A DNA stretch of 64,000 nt from an uncultured Candidatus Saccharibacteria bacterium (GTDB lineage Bacteria; Patescibacteriota; Doudnabacteria; UBA920): positions 2,516-66,515 of the forward strand of contig CAZQMO010000003.1 of the NCBI GenBank assembly GCA_964594755.1. The letters run 5' to 3'. Under the pieces are notes generated by a model. That model did not search any database and had not been told where the DNA came from. It was given only the letters and a program-made list of their open reading frames with translations. The position numbers were made by a program, and so were the translations under genes. This document shows, piece after piece, positions 37,978 through 47,940 of the stretch. Within the stretch, counting starts at the first letter, position 1, and every line of letters begins with the position of its first letter.

Positions 37978-38940
37978 TTAGGGTTCTATATTGATACTAG
38001 CACTGTCTTGGGACTGCAAACTATTAGTGTTATCCCCAGCTACCAGACCGTTCTGAACCCCAGCTAGAGGTGCATATTTAATCGTGCTAAGTGAATTTTG
38101 ACCACCTGGCAAATTACTTAAAACCAGCCAACCAGTTACCGCTGAGACTAAAAGCACTGCTAAAGCTGGCGCTGCCCAGACTTGCCAGACACTCACCTGG
38201 ACAGGAGTAGAATTGTCCTCCAAAGACAATAATGCTGATTCCTGTTCTGCTCTTTTCGGGAACATATCGATACTAGCTGCATAAGTCGTGGCTAAATCCT
38301 TACGATGGCGTAACACCTGGTCATGTTTAGCAACGATTTCTTTTACTGCTGCTAGCTCATCTGACATAGTTTGCACAACTTCGGAAACTTGAATCACTTC
38401 ATTGCGCAAAGAATCTAATTTTAAACGAGTCACTAAGGACTGAATGGTGTGATGCTGGCGCGCCGCGTTCTCGGCCGCTAACCGAATAGGAATTCCATCG
38501 ACTTCACTAATCACGTAGTTATCAATCACTACTGGGGTGGCAATGATCGGCTCGACTCTTGCTGGTTTCTGAATTTCGTCGGTGTCCAAACTGGTAGTTT
38601 TCTCGTCAAGTTTTATGTCAGAAATTACTGCTGCTTGGACTGCATCCATACTTGGGGCATTCTCTGCCTCAGGGGCCGAGAAATCAAACAAACCTTTCTC
38701 TTCTTCGTCTGCAACTTGGTTATTAAAGCTCCCATTTTCCTCTTCGATAGCCCCGGTAAAGCTCAACAAAGACTGTAACTCACTCTGGGTGGTATACCAA
38801 TTGCGCCCAATTTTGGACGCTTTAATCTTACCTAGACGACAAAGCTGGCCTAGGTAGTCTTGATGATAACCGCTAAGTGCTGCGGCCTGGGACAACGAAA
38901 TCCGATGCGGAAATTGATTGTCAGATGTATCTGAATTCAA
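37978..38940 (-). CDS. HTH-domain membrane protein
   Basis: 320 aa. N-terminal MerR/excisionase-like HTH (ISLSQAAALSGYHQDYLGQLCRLGKIKASKIGRNWY) and a TM helix near residue 255 (WAAPALAVLLVSAVTGWLVL). Confidence 0.55.
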   Translation of the reverse strand: MNSDTSDNQFPHRISLSQAAALSGYHQDYLGQLCRLGKIKASKIGRNWYTTQSELQSLLSFTGAIEEENGSFNNQVADEEEKGLFDFSAPEAENAPSMDAVQAAVISDIKLDEKTTSLDTDEIQKPARVEPIIATPVVIDNYVISEVDGIPIRLAAENAARQHHTIQSLVTRLKLDSLRNEVIQVSEVVQTMSDELAAVKEIVAKHDQVLRHRKDLATTYAASIDMFPKRAEQESALLSLEDNSTPVQVSVWQVWAAPALAVLLVSAVTGWLVLSNLPGGQNSLSTIKYAPLAGVQNGLVAGDNTNSLQSQDSASINIEP

Positions 38941-39304
38941 AGCTTGATGTTTATTTCTTACCTTTAACGTTGGAATAATTATAACATATTTGTTAACTTA
39001 AAGTGAAACCTTTCCGAAAATCTTTTTTGCTGCAATTTACGAGCTTTCGGCTATCTTGGCCAAAGAATTTTTCCGCTTAGTTTCCAACTAAACGTCAAAA
39101 TTTGTTTGACCAAGCTAGCTCGAAAGTAGTAAATTTCGCTAAAAAAAATATTTTCGGGCAAGCCTTCACAGAAGAATTGTCAACTGGTTTTACCCGCACA
39201 CCTTTACTGATGATTATATAAAGAAAAGGTACTGAGATCAGTCAATTGTCATTAGTTTAACCTAGCTTTAGGTTGGAAAAGGTGTGCTGGTAAACTTTTT
39301 ATGC

Positions 39305-39334
39305 TTGACGGAATCAAAATTTAAAATGTATGAT
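39305..39334 (+). promoter_or_regulatory. sigma70-type promoter
   Basis: TTGACG, an 18-nt spacer ending in TG, then TATGAT, 33 nt before the ATG at 39367. Confidence 0.5.
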
Positions 39335-39366
39335 GAATTTACGCGCAATTAACTAAGATTTTATTC

Positions 39367-39849
39367 ATGCCACGACCCTTATCAAAATTTTCACAAGAGA
39401 TCCTATTGCTGCTCAATGAGCGTGGTCCACAGATGCTCCACCAATTGTATGAAGAATTTGGTGATAAAGCCAGTAAGAAGAAAATCTATGACACTATGTT
39501 CCGACTAACTAACCAAGGGGTGGCTGAACTAGTTAATGACCGCTACAAAGTTAGTGAAGATGCCAACATTCTAATGCACACTATTGCCAAAGAGAAAGAT
39601 GGGGTTTGGAAATTAGTAATTTTTGACATCCCAGAAAAGCAGCGCCAAGTACGCAATGTGATTCGAGCCAAGTTAGTAAGCCTAGGCTTTCAGAAATGGC
39701 AAAATAGCATCTGGATCTCTCCCTATACCCTAGCGCCAGAGATTGAAGAAGAACTCAACGAACTAGCCAAACACTATTTTATTAGACTAATCAAAACTAC
39801 GGACATTAACGTAACCGCAGATTTAGAAAAAATGTTCGCCAACGAATAA
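39367..39849 (+). CDS. PaaX-like winged-helix transcriptional regulator (tentative)
   Basis: 160 aa. N-terminal wHTH-like region and a C-terminal VWKLVIFDIPEKQRQVRNVIRAKLVSLGF...W.SIWISPY pattern reminiscent of the PaaX C-terminal or Cas2-like fold. No search was run. Confidence 0.45.
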   Translation: MPRPLSKFSQEILLLLNERGPQMLHQLYEEFGDKASKKKIYDTMFRLTNQGVAELVNDRYKVSEDANILMHTIAKEKDGVWKLVIFDIPEKQRQVRNVIRAKLVSLGFQKWQNSIWISPYTLAPEIEEELNELAKHYFIRLIKTTDINVTADLEKMFANE

Positions 39850-39865
39850 CCAACAGAAAATAAAA

Positions 39866-39892
39866 AAGCAGCTCAGAGAGCTGTCTTTTTTT
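39866..39892 (+). terminator. intrinsic terminator
   Basis: aaGCAGCTCagaGAGCTGTCttttttt. Confidence 0.7.
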
Positions 39893-40297
39893 ACAGTCCT
39901 TGAAACATTCTCCAAATACCTACCGTGTAACGAAAAGCCTGTACGGGGTGTATTATTGAGAATGCCAGAAAATGGATACAGTTATACACTATTTCCAAAA
40001 AGTCATACAATTTTATCATAAATACCTCCGCTGAACTGGGATTAAATTATATCTGAATATACAAAATTATCAAGTAAATAAAAACACCCTTGATCAGCGA
40101 CAGAGTGTTTTAGGCATCGAACTAATGAGACAGAACTAAGGGGTTCTGCAGCATTATTGACTTTGGGTTTGGTGTCCAAAGACCGATTGTCAGAGACTTC
40201 ATCGTACCCACAAAATACTCCATCACTGACTGCTAATGATAATCCTACTTCAAGTTTTAGCTTCCCATTGAGTGAGGAAAGTAATTATATTATAGCA

Positions 40298-40328
40298 AAT
40301 TTAAAACCCCAGCATAGCCGGGGTTTGT
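40298..40328 (-). terminator. intrinsic terminator of nrdB (minus strand)
   Basis: Minus strand: aaaCCCCGGCtatGCTGGGGtttt, immediately after the nrdB stop. Confidence 0.55.
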
Positions 40329-40329
40329 T

Positions 40330-41364
40330 TTACCAGTCCAAGGTGCCACCGGTTTGATATTCGATGACACGGGTTTCAAAGAAATTCTTTTCTTTATTAA
40401 GATCCACTGCTTCGCTCATCCAAGGGAATGGATTGGCAACGTTGAATTGAGGTGCTAAACCAATACTGTTAAGACGACGGTCAGCAATGTGTTCAATGTA
40501 CTGCTTAAAGCCTTCTGCATTCATGCCAAAGATGCCTTTCGGGAATACGGTTTGAGCAAACGTGTACTCAAGGACAGCAGCTTCTTTTACTAAATCGATG
40601 ATGTGCTGTTGGAATTCCGGGGTCCAAATTTCCGGTTGCTCTTCGCGGATAGTATTAATGAGCCAAATTCCAAAGTTAAGGTGCATAGATTCGTCGCGCA
40701 TAATGTATTGAATCTGCTCAGCACTACCAACCATTTTCTTCTGGCGTTGGAAACCAAACATTACGGCAAACGCGCTGTAGAAGAAAATCCCTTCCATGAT
40801 CAGCGAAAAGACCACTATATTTTCGACAAACTTTTGGTCAGCTTCTAAAGTGCCGGTCTTGAAGTCAGGGTTAAAGATACCTTCGTTAAAGGTTAAGACA
40901 AAGGAAGCTTTGTTATAAATAGAATCAATCTCGCGGTACATGTTAAAGATTTTACCTTCGTCCATGCCCAAGCTTTCGACAATGTACTGATAAGCGTGAG
41001 TATGGATGGCTTCTTCAAAAGCTTGGCGAAGCAAATACATGCGGACTTCCGGAGAAGTGACGTGCTTGTAAGCAGCCATCACAATATTATTAGCAGCGAT
41101 TGAATCAGCTGTGGTAAAAAATCCTAACACGGTTTCAAAAGCTTGGCGTTCGTCCGCTGATAATACAGTTGAACTCTTCCACTGCTCAATGTCGAGTTGC
41201 ATGCCGATTTCGGTCGGTAGCCAGTGATTAGCATTGGCAGCTAGATAAGACTCCCAAGCAAACGTGTGCTTCATTGGGTAAAGCTGAATAACGTCAGCGT
41301 CTTTTCCATTAATGACGCGGCGATCGTTGATATTTACTCTTTGGTTGGTTTTCTGGATTGGCAT
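40330..41364 (-). CDS. nrdB: ribonucleotide reductase class I beta (R2) subunit
   Basis: 344 aa. Ferritin-like diiron ligand motifs (FEEAIHTHAY, a second ExxH) and a tyrosyl-radical region. Confidence 0.9.
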   Translation of the reverse strand: MPIQKTNQRVNINDRRVINGKDADVIQLYPMKHTFAWESYLAANANHWLPTEIGMQLDIEQWKSSTVLSADERQAFETVLGFFTTADSIAANNIVMAAYKHVTSPEVRMYLLRQAFEEAIHTHAYQYIVESLGMDEGKIFNMYREIDSIYNKASFVLTFNEGIFNPDFKTGTLEADQKFVENIVVFSLIMEGIFFYSAFAVMFGFQRQKKMVGSAEQIQYIMRDESMHLNFGIWLINTIREEQPEIWTPEFQQHIIDLVKEAAVLEYTFAQTVFPKGIFGMNAEGFKQYIEHIADRRLNSIGLAPQFNVANPFPWMSEAVDLNKEKNFFETRVIEYQTGGTLDW

Positions 41365-41424
41365 ATGTTTCTTACTTAATTTCTTAGGGTGTTACATTTT
41401 GAGTAAAACAAAATTTCACGCCCT

Positions 41425-44400
41425 CTATTGGCAGGCTTCACAGTCTGGATCTTCCAAACGGCATACTTTAAAGTCAGTTTGTTGGAGAACCCTAGTCATG
41501 GGCTTTTCTTCAGTAACTGGAGTAGCAGATTCGGTAGCGACAGCTTCAGTGGAATTTAAACCAAGCTTCTCGGCTAAATTCACTTCTTGGGTAGAAACCT
41601 GAGTGACTGTCTCGGTTACAGACACAGGGGCCATACCAGGCGCTGAGGCGGTCACAGAGGCAGTTTCAGACACAACTTCTGTTACGGTAGCCATTACTGG
41701 GACTTGCTGTGGCTGAGGCTGTTTTTGCTCGACTTCTTGAGCAACTGCATCTTCGGTTGATTGCTGACCGCGTAAGTGGGTTTTACCAAATTCAGAAGTA
41801 TTTACAGTAGACTTTTCAACTTGAGAAGCAGCTAAAGTACGGAGATAGTAAGTGGTCTTTACGCCCATGTCCCAAGCGTACAAGTAGATGTCATTAATAT
41901 CTTTACCAGACTTACCGCCGTAGAAAATGTTGAGCGACTGAGACTGATCAATCCACTTACCACGGTAAGCTGCAGCTTTAATTAACCAACGCGCATCAAT
42001 CTCGAACACTTCTTTATATTTATCTTTAAGATCTTGTGGCACTTCTGGAATCTCTGTGACCCGGCCATCATAAAACTTTAGTTTAGAGAGCATGTCGTCA
42101 TTCCAGAGTCCTCGATCTTTGAGTTCCTTCACTAGATAATGGTTCACGACTACGAAGTCACCAGAGATGTTAGCTTTAACGTAAATGTTTTTGTAAATTG
42201 GTTCGATTGATGGGATGGCACCAGAAATGTTAGAGATAGTAGCAGTCGGAGCAATCGCCATAGTGTTAGAGTTGCGCATGCCGTACTCTTTGATCGCTTC
42301 CCGAACTGGGGTCCAATCCATTTTACCGGTACGAGAAACAGGGATTTCGGTACCACGTTCGCGTTCGAGCAAAGCAATGGTATCCACTGGCAAAATACCT
42401 CGGTCCCATTTGCTACCCCGGAAGGATGCATAAGCGCCACGTTCCTTTGCTAATTGGGTTGATGCCAAAATCGCGTAGTAAGCAATAGCTTCCTGGCTTT
42501 CATCGGCCAACTGCACCATTTGATCGCTATCAAAATTCACGTTCATTTGGTAAAGCATGTCTTGGAAACCCATTACACCAAGACCAACTGGGCGGTGCTT
42601 GAGGTTAGAATTCTTACCCTCGATAGTTGGGTAGAAGTTAAGGTCAATTACGTTATCAAGCATGCGCATCGCGACAGTTACAGTGTACTGAATCTTTTCT
42701 AGATCCATCTGACCTTGGCGCACGTGGCGGGCTAAGTTAATTGAACCTAAGTTACAAACCGCGGTTTCTTCAGCAGAGGTGTTGAGAGTAATTTCAGTAC
42801 AAAGGTTAGAGCTGTGCACTACCCCAACGTGATCTTGCGGACTGCGAATATTGGATGGGTCTTTGAAGGTTACCCAAGGGTGACCGGTTTCAAAGAGCAT
42901 GGTCAACATTTTCTTCCATAAATCCTTGGCTGGAATTTGGCGGAACAAGCGCAATCCTCCAGCTAAACCTTGCTGTTCGTATTGTTCATAACGCTTTTTG
43001 AACTCCTGCCCATAAATTTCGTGAAGTTCTGGAGTTTCATCCGGTGAGAACAATGACCACATTCCCCCTTCTTTCACGCGTTGCATAAATAAATCAGGGA
43101 TCCAATTGGCAATGTTCATATCGTGAGTTCGGCGACGTTCATCACCAGTGTTTTTGCGAAGCTCTAAGAAGTCTTCGATGTCCCAGTGCCAGGTTTCCAT
43201 GTAAGCGCAAGTTGCGCCACGGCGGCGACCACTGCGATTAATCGCTACCGTTGTGTCGTTAGCAACTTTCAAGAAAGGAATCACACCTTGACTTTCGATA
43301 CCTACCCGCTTAATTAGCGCGCCAGTACCACGAAGCTTAGTCCAGTCATTAGCAACCCCACCAGCCCACTTAGACATTTGCGCGTTGTCACCCAAACACT
43401 TGTAGATGTGGTGTAAATCGTCTTCGATAGTGGTGAGATAACAAGAAGACAACTGAGAATGAATTGTGCCGGCATGAAACAAGGTTGGCGAAGAAGGCAC
43501 AAAGTGCAAAGTTGAAGTAATCCTGTAAAATTCAACCGCGCGTGCTTCTTTGTCTTGTTCATTAAGTGCTACCCCCATGGCCACACGCATCCAAAACATT
43601 TGTGGAGTTTCTAAAACCTGCTTGGTTTGTGGATTCTTAGTAAGATAACGATCGTATAAAGTTTGTACACCGAGATAATTGAGCAAGTTATCCCGCTCTA
43701 ACACTAACTCGGAAGCAATATACTCTAAATTAAAAGTTAACATGCGAGGATCCAAACGACCAATAGAAACAGCTTCTTGAATTCGGTGGATGAAGGCTTG
43801 GCGAATCTGAGTTTCTAGTTTCTCTGGAGTAAAGTCAATCTGATCACTCCCAATAACTTCCTTGTAAATGCGGTTAGCCATGGCGCGAGCTGCGACATAA
43901 GAATAGGCAGGATCTTTTTCGATATAGGCGCGAAGCACCATAATTAGAGCTCGTTCGATCTCTGCGGTGGTGATGTCTTCGTATAGTTCTAGACGAACCT
44001 GATTGAGAACAGTCGGTGTATCAATATCGGTAGCGTAGTCACCAAGAATAGCTTCTAGGCTCTTTTTTAACTTTTCAGCAGAGAACGCTTCTTTGCGGCC
44101 ATCTCGCTTGGTAATCATTAATTGATTAGCCTCAACTTTTTGCAAAACTTCTGCTTTTTGCTGTTCGCGTACTTTGGTGTGTTCGTAGCGATAAATGATG
44201 TAAGATTTGGCGACTTCAAACAAACCTTGCTCCATCAATTTACGCTCAACTGTGTTCTGGACATCTTCTACTCCTGGAACCCGATCCACAAAAGTCTTGT
44301 CTAAATCAGCAATAACAGCTTTGGCGATTTCGCGGGTTAAAGTCTGATTTGTCTTGAAGTTAACTTCGACATAAGCTTTACTGATTGCGACTTCTATTTT

Positions 44401-44469
44401 GACAGGATCAAAATCGACAATTTGGCCGCTACGCTTTTTGATTTGCAGGAGGTTGTTTGATTGGATCAT
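41425..44469 (-). CDS. nrdA: ribonucleotide reductase class I alpha (R1) subunit with N-terminal ATP-cone domains
   Basis: 1014 aa. Active-site SNLCTEI, a C-terminal redox Cys pair (DPDCEACQ), and N-terminal ATP-cone repeats. Confidence 0.95.
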   Translation of the reverse strand: MIQSNNLLQIKKRSGQIVDFDPVKIEVAISKAYVEVNFKTNQTLTREIAKAVIADLDKTFVDRVPGVEDVQNTVERKLMEQGLFEVAKSYIIYRYEHTKVREQQKAEVLQKVEANQLMITKRDGRKEAFSAEKLKKSLEAILGDYATDIDTPTVLNQVRLELYEDITTAEIERALIMVLRAYIEKDPAYSYVAARAMANRIYKEVIGSDQIDFTPEKLETQIRQAFIHRIQEAVSIGRLDPRMLTFNLEYIASELVLERDNLLNYLGVQTLYDRYLTKNPQTKQVLETPQMFWMRVAMGVALNEQDKEARAVEFYRITSTLHFVPSSPTLFHAGTIHSQLSSCYLTTIEDDLHHIYKCLGDNAQMSKWAGGVANDWTKLRGTGALIKRVGIESQGVIPFLKVANDTTVAINRSGRRRGATCAYMETWHWDIEDFLELRKNTGDERRRTHDMNIANWIPDLFMQRVKEGGMWSLFSPDETPELHEIYGQEFKKRYEQYEQQGLAGGLRLFRQIPAKDLWKKMLTMLFETGHPWVTFKDPSNIRSPQDHVGVVHSSNLCTEITLNTSAEETAVCNLGSINLARHVRQGQMDLEKIQYTVTVAMRMLDNVIDLNFYPTIEGKNSNLKHRPVGLGVMGFQDMLYQMNVNFDSDQMVQLADESQEAIAYYAILASTQLAKERGAYASFRGSKWDRGILPVDTIALLERERGTEIPVSRTGKMDWTPVREAIKEYGMRNSNTMAIAPTATISNISGAIPSIEPIYKNIYVKANISGDFVVVNHYLVKELKDRGLWNDDMLSKLKFYDGRVTEIPEVPQDLKDKYKEVFEIDARWLIKAAAYRGKWIDQSQSLNIFYGGKSGKDINDIYLYAWDMGVKTTYYLRTLAASQVEKSTVNTSEFGKTHLRGQQSTEDAVAQEVEQKQPQPQQVPVMATVTEVVSETASVTASAPGMAPVSVTETVTQVSTQEVNLAEKLGLNSTEAVATESATPVTEEKPMTRVLQQTDFKVCRLEDPDCEACQ

Positions 44470-44511
44470 GGTTGTTAGATTTTTAGTTAGTTATTGTTTG
44501 TTATTTTATAT

Positions 44512-44620
44512 AGACTTTCAGATTGGTGTCGAGTTCGCGAAGCCAGCGAACACTGAGTGAAGCGTAATGAAAGTTACGGTGAGCAAGGAGCGGAGCTGGC
44601 GACAAAGAAATCGGCCAAAT
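44512..44620. ncRNA. conserved structured noncoding element, copy B (between nrdR and nrdA)
   Basis: Paralogue of 23541..23706. Shares GTTCG, a hairpin CGTAA-TGAAAG-TTACG followed by GTGAGC, and the 21-mer GGCGACAAAGAAATCGGCCAAA. The hairpin differs from copy A by a compensatory AG/CT to AA/TT change. Confidence 0.5.
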
Positions 44621-44635
44621 CTGGAAGTCTCGTGT

Positions 44636-45127
44636 TCAAAGCTTGAGTATCTCTTGTTTGAACTCATGGATATCTTCGAACTGCCGGTAAACGCTGGCGA
44701 AACGGATGTAGGCGACTTTGTCGACCTTGCGGATAACCTTCATCACGATTTCTCCAATTTGTTCGCTGGTGATTTCACCACCATTCTTTCGCTGAATTTC
44801 TTGTTCAACTTCGGACACAACTTTGCGGAACATGTAATCAGTTAAGTTGCGTTTTTCGAAAGCCCGTCTGAGACCTCGTTCCAGTTTCTCTCTAGAGTAA
44901 GGTTGCTTAGTACCGTCTCGCTTAGTAACTGCTAAGTCGAGAATTTCGATTTGCTCATAAGTAGAGAACCGGAAGTTGCACTTTTCACATTCACGCCTTC
45001 GCCGGATGGCCCCAGCTTCTTCTACAGGCCGGGAATCAACTACTTTAGTATCAATATTTAAACATTTGGGGCATTTCATGTATTCAAAGGGTAAAGAGTA
45101 GAAGGAAGTACTAAAATCCTTGTTCAA
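44636..45127 (-). CDS. nrdR: transcriptional repressor NrdR
   Basis: 163 aa. N-terminal Zn-ribbon (MKCPKCLNIDTKVVDSRP...CEKCNFRFSTYE) and an ATP-cone. Confidence 0.9.
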   Translation of the reverse strand: MNKDFSTSFYSLPFEYMKCPKCLNIDTKVVDSRPVEEAGAIRRRRECEKCNFRFSTYEQIEILDLAVTKRDGTKQPYSREKLERGLRRAFEKRNLTDYMFRKVVSEVEQEIQRKNGGEITSEQIGEIVMKVIRKVDKVAYIRFASVYRQFEDIHEFKQEILKL

Positions 45128-45309
45128 GATAGCTCTATTACTCTTGACCTTGTACTTTGTACTTTTTTTCTAAATTACTACAAATTGTGTGCGTATAAAA
45201 ATTATACCCCTATATGTTGTGGCAGCCAAACCAAAGCGATATTTCCTAAACCTGCCATGCTTTACCTACTTTTTATTTTTGAGCGTCCGTCGATGGCCTA
45301 GTTATCCCC

Positions 45310-45340
45310 ACGTAAACAAAACAGTCTCTGGTGAGAGACT
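45310..45340 (-). terminator. intrinsic terminator after the dehydrogenase gene
   Basis: Minus strand: CAGTCTCTcaccAGAGACTGttttgttt, a perfect 8-bp stem. Confidence 0.6.
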
Positions 45341-45383
45341 GTCTAGGAGCTTACACAACTTACCACAACTTAACAAACCAATT

Positions 45384-46364
45384 TTAGATAATTGCCGAAA
45401 TCTTTTTTCCGCTACGATAGGAGCGGATTACTTCATTAGTGTGTTCAAGGATTCTGAGCTCTGACTCGGTCGTCGCATGGGCGACATGTGGGGTGACCAA
45501 AACCTGGGGGTGCTTAGAAAGTTGTTTTTGCCACCGAATCACTAACCGATCCTTGGCACTGGTTCTACCATGTAGATAGAGCTGCTGTTCTTTGTCCAAC
45601 ACATCTGTAAGGTAAGCCGACAGCTTTTTTGAATTCAAAGCCCAGAGAATAGCTTTGGTATCCACCACACTACCCCGTGCTGTGTTAATCAAAATACTAC
45701 CAGCCTTCAAATTACTGAGTAAGGAACGGTTAAACATCTGATCTGTAAGCGGGGTAGCAGGAACATGGATAGAAATAATGTCAGAACGCTGGAGGAGCTG
45801 TTTAAGACCAAGGTAAGTAAGGCCTAATTTTTTGGCGGCTTTCAGATTCCGCTTGGCATCATAGCCAATTAAGTTCATCCCAAAACCAGACCCAATTTGT
45901 GCCACCTTTAATCCGATTGCTCCAGTACCAACAATTCCTAAAGTTTTACCAGCTAACTCAAGACCGGAAAGTTTTTGAGTATTAAAATTCAATTTTTTAC
46001 CTGCTTCTAACGCTTCTGGAAGATTACGTAAATACGATAGTAATAGGCCAAAAGCAAATTCTGCCACCGAAGTTGCATTCAAACCGGGTGAATTTACTAC
46101 AGCCACTTTTCGTCGATGACAAGCTGCCAAATCAATGTGATCAACCCCAGCAGTCCGGGTCACAATTAATTTTAAATTAGGTAACTGTGCTAACAGCTCT
46201 GAGGTAATCCGGCTATCGGTATGAATGGATATAATCTCTGTCTTTTCTGGTGGCAAATTTCGTGACGAAATCGGCCCGGACATTGCTCGCCAATCATACT
46301 TAGGCGCATGGGTCTTGAGCCACAACTTTTGCTTAGAATTCAAACTGAAATAAACAACTTTCAT
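45384..46364 (-). CDS. D-isomer-specific 2-hydroxyacid dehydrogenase (hydroxypyruvate/glycerate or D-lactate dehydrogenase family)
   Basis: 326 aa. NAD-binding GxGxxG (LGIVGTGAIGLKVAQIG), a catalytic His near the C-terminus, and R/E in the expected spacing. Confidence 0.8.
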   Translation of the reverse strand: MKVVYFSLNSKQKLWLKTHAPKYDWRAMSGPISSRNLPPEKTEIISIHTDSRITSELLAQLPNLKLIVTRTAGVDHIDLAACHRRKVAVVNSPGLNATSVAEFAFGLLLSYLRNLPEALEAGKKLNFNTQKLSGLELAGKTLGIVGTGAIGLKVAQIGSGFGMNLIGYDAKRNLKAAKKLGLTYLGLKQLLQRSDIISIHVPATPLTDQMFNRSLLSNLKAGSILINTARGSVVDTKAILWALNSKKLSAYLTDVLDKEQQLYLHGRTSAKDRLVIRWQKQLSKHPQVLVTPHVAHATTESELRILEHTNEVIRSYRSGKKISAII

Positions 46365-46372
46365 AGATTTTT

Positions 46373-47656
46373 TTAATGATGAATTACTACGACTAAATCT
46401 GAAACATTAATGCCAGTTAAACCAGTCATTATTGAAGCACCCAAATCTGATAACACTCCATATTCATCATGGTGATCCAAATAAGTATTTAAATCAAGGC
46501 CGAGTTTTTTTGCTTTTTCTAGGTTACTATAATCAACTATCGCCCCAGCCACATCGCTGTTATCATGACCATCGGAATTGAGAGTAGCAAAAGTCACACC
46601 TTTAGGTAAATTAACTAATGCTGCTAAAGCCATTTCTTGGTTCCGACCACCACTCCCTTTTTGATGGCTTTTGATGGTGACAACACTCTCGCCCACTGCT
46701 ACTAAACATTCCCCTGGCTTAAGTGAATGCATAAACTCTTTCGCCAAATCACGTGCTTCACCACTAAATGAGCCTGGCCAAACTTTTACCTTAAGACCAA
46801 AGTCATGAGCTTGTCGTTCCATAGCTTGTAAAGCGACCTGATTACTACAAAATAGTAAGTTTGTCACTTTTTTAAAATACTTGGATTCTTTAGGTGTCTC
46901 TCTCATTCCGCAATGATCCATACGGCAACGGTCCAAGATTTGATATTTATGCATAATTTCCATGGCATCATTTACTGTAGTTTTATCTGGCACAGTTGGA
47001 CCACTGGCAACTTGTGCTAAATCATCGCCTGGAATGTCACTAAAGATTAAACTAATTACTGAAGCCGGGTAAGCGTACTTTGCCAATCCTCCGCCTTTGA
47101 CTGAGCTTAAATGCTTGCGCACTACGTTCATTTCCGAAATGTTAGCACCAGCATCCATGAGAGCTTGTGTAATTTTACGTTCCTCGTCTAAAGAAATAAC
47201 TTGAGGGTTAGTGAGTAAGCTACTACCGCCGCCACTAATAACCATTATCACTAAATCTTCCTCGGTGAGGTTTTCAAGCATAGAGATAATTTCATTGGTC
47301 GCTGATACGTTGGCTGTGGATGGTAACGGATGCGTACCCACTCGACTGACGATAGTTTTAGTATTAGCCGGCACTACATCAATCACAACACCACCAGTAA
47401 TCCGCGACAGCATCTGTGATTCGACAAATTCTGCTACTTTAGCTGAGACCTTACCAATCCCAACAAACACCACGTGACGATACTGATTTAATGGGTATTT
47501 TTTTCCCTGAATATAAAGAATGTCTTTTTTCGCATCATAAAAAAAGCCATTCTGCATCAATTGTTTGGTCTCGACAGCTGCGAGGCCGGCTTCTAAGATC
47601 CGCAAAATTTGTTTTCGGCTAATGGTGGTACCTAATTGTAGAGAATTACGAATCAT
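46373..47656 (-). CDS. glycerate kinase, MOFRL family (glycerate 2-kinase-like)
   Basis: 427 aa. DUF4147/MOFRL pattern (VAVGESVVTIKSHQKGSGGRNQEMALAALV). Adjacent to the 2-hydroxyacid dehydrogenase, suggesting a glycerate-pathway pair. Confidence 0.75.
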   Translation of the reverse strand: MIRNSLQLGTTISRKQILRILEAGLAAVETKQLMQNGFFYDAKKDILYIQGKKYPLNQYRHVVFVGIGKVSAKVAEFVESQMLSRITGGVVIDVVPANTKTIVSRVGTHPLPSTANVSATNEIISMLENLTEEDLVIMVISGGGSSLLTNPQVISLDEERKITQALMDAGANISEMNVVRKHLSSVKGGGLAKYAYPASVISLIFSDIPGDDLAQVASGPTVPDKTTVNDAMEIMHKYQILDRCRMDHCGMRETPKESKYFKKVTNLLFCSNQVALQAMERQAHDFGLKVKVWPGSFSGEARDLAKEFMHSLKPGECLVAVGESVVTIKSHQKGSGGRNQEMALAALVNLPKGVTFATLNSDGHDNSDVAGAIVDYSNLEKAKKLGLDLNTYLDHHDEYGVLSDLGASIMTGLTGINVSDLVVVIHH

Positions 47657-47939
47657 GTCTTGATAATTTCGGTGCCTTAGTTTTCGACTTCACCGGGGTG
47701 ATCGGATGCTTCACTTGTTTAGTTAATAATGTTGAAGGAATCTCATTAGAGCGAAACCTTTTAATTGCCCATACAGCTACGCCAATCAATAACAGAGCTA
47801 ACATGAAATACACAAAACTAGGTACAGGTTTCGTAACCTGACCAGGTTGAGAAGTAACCTCCTCTTCGCTCGTAATTATTCGTTGCTCTATAACCTCAGG
47901 CTGATTACTTTGTGACTGCGCTAAGAAAATTGAATTCAT
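47646..47939 (-). CDS. small bitopic membrane protein
   Basis: The track ORF is 47646..48011. The first ATG overlaps the PilX-like gene by 70 nt, so the internal Met (MNSIFLAQ) at 47939 is more likely. One TM helix (FVYFMLALLLIGVAVWAI). Confidence 0.4.
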   Translation of the reverse strand: MNSIFLAQSQSNQPEVIEQRIITSEEEVTSQPGQVTKPVPSFVYFMLALLLIGVAVWAIKRFRSNEIPSTLLTKQVKHPITPVKSKTKAPKLSRHDS

Positions 47940-47940
47940 A

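Noticed and set aside
44470-44635. NrdR boxes between nrdR and nrdA, and upstream of nrdR (45170..45260)
   Set aside because: Only loose matches to the 16-bp palindromic consensus were seen, for example ACCCCTATATGTTGTG and ACACAATTTGT. They are not good enough to call without a PWM scan.
44567-44845. 92-aa plus-strand ORF overlapping nrdR
   Set aside because: It is entirely antisense to the motif-supported nrdR and overlaps conserved element B. It is a spurious frame.
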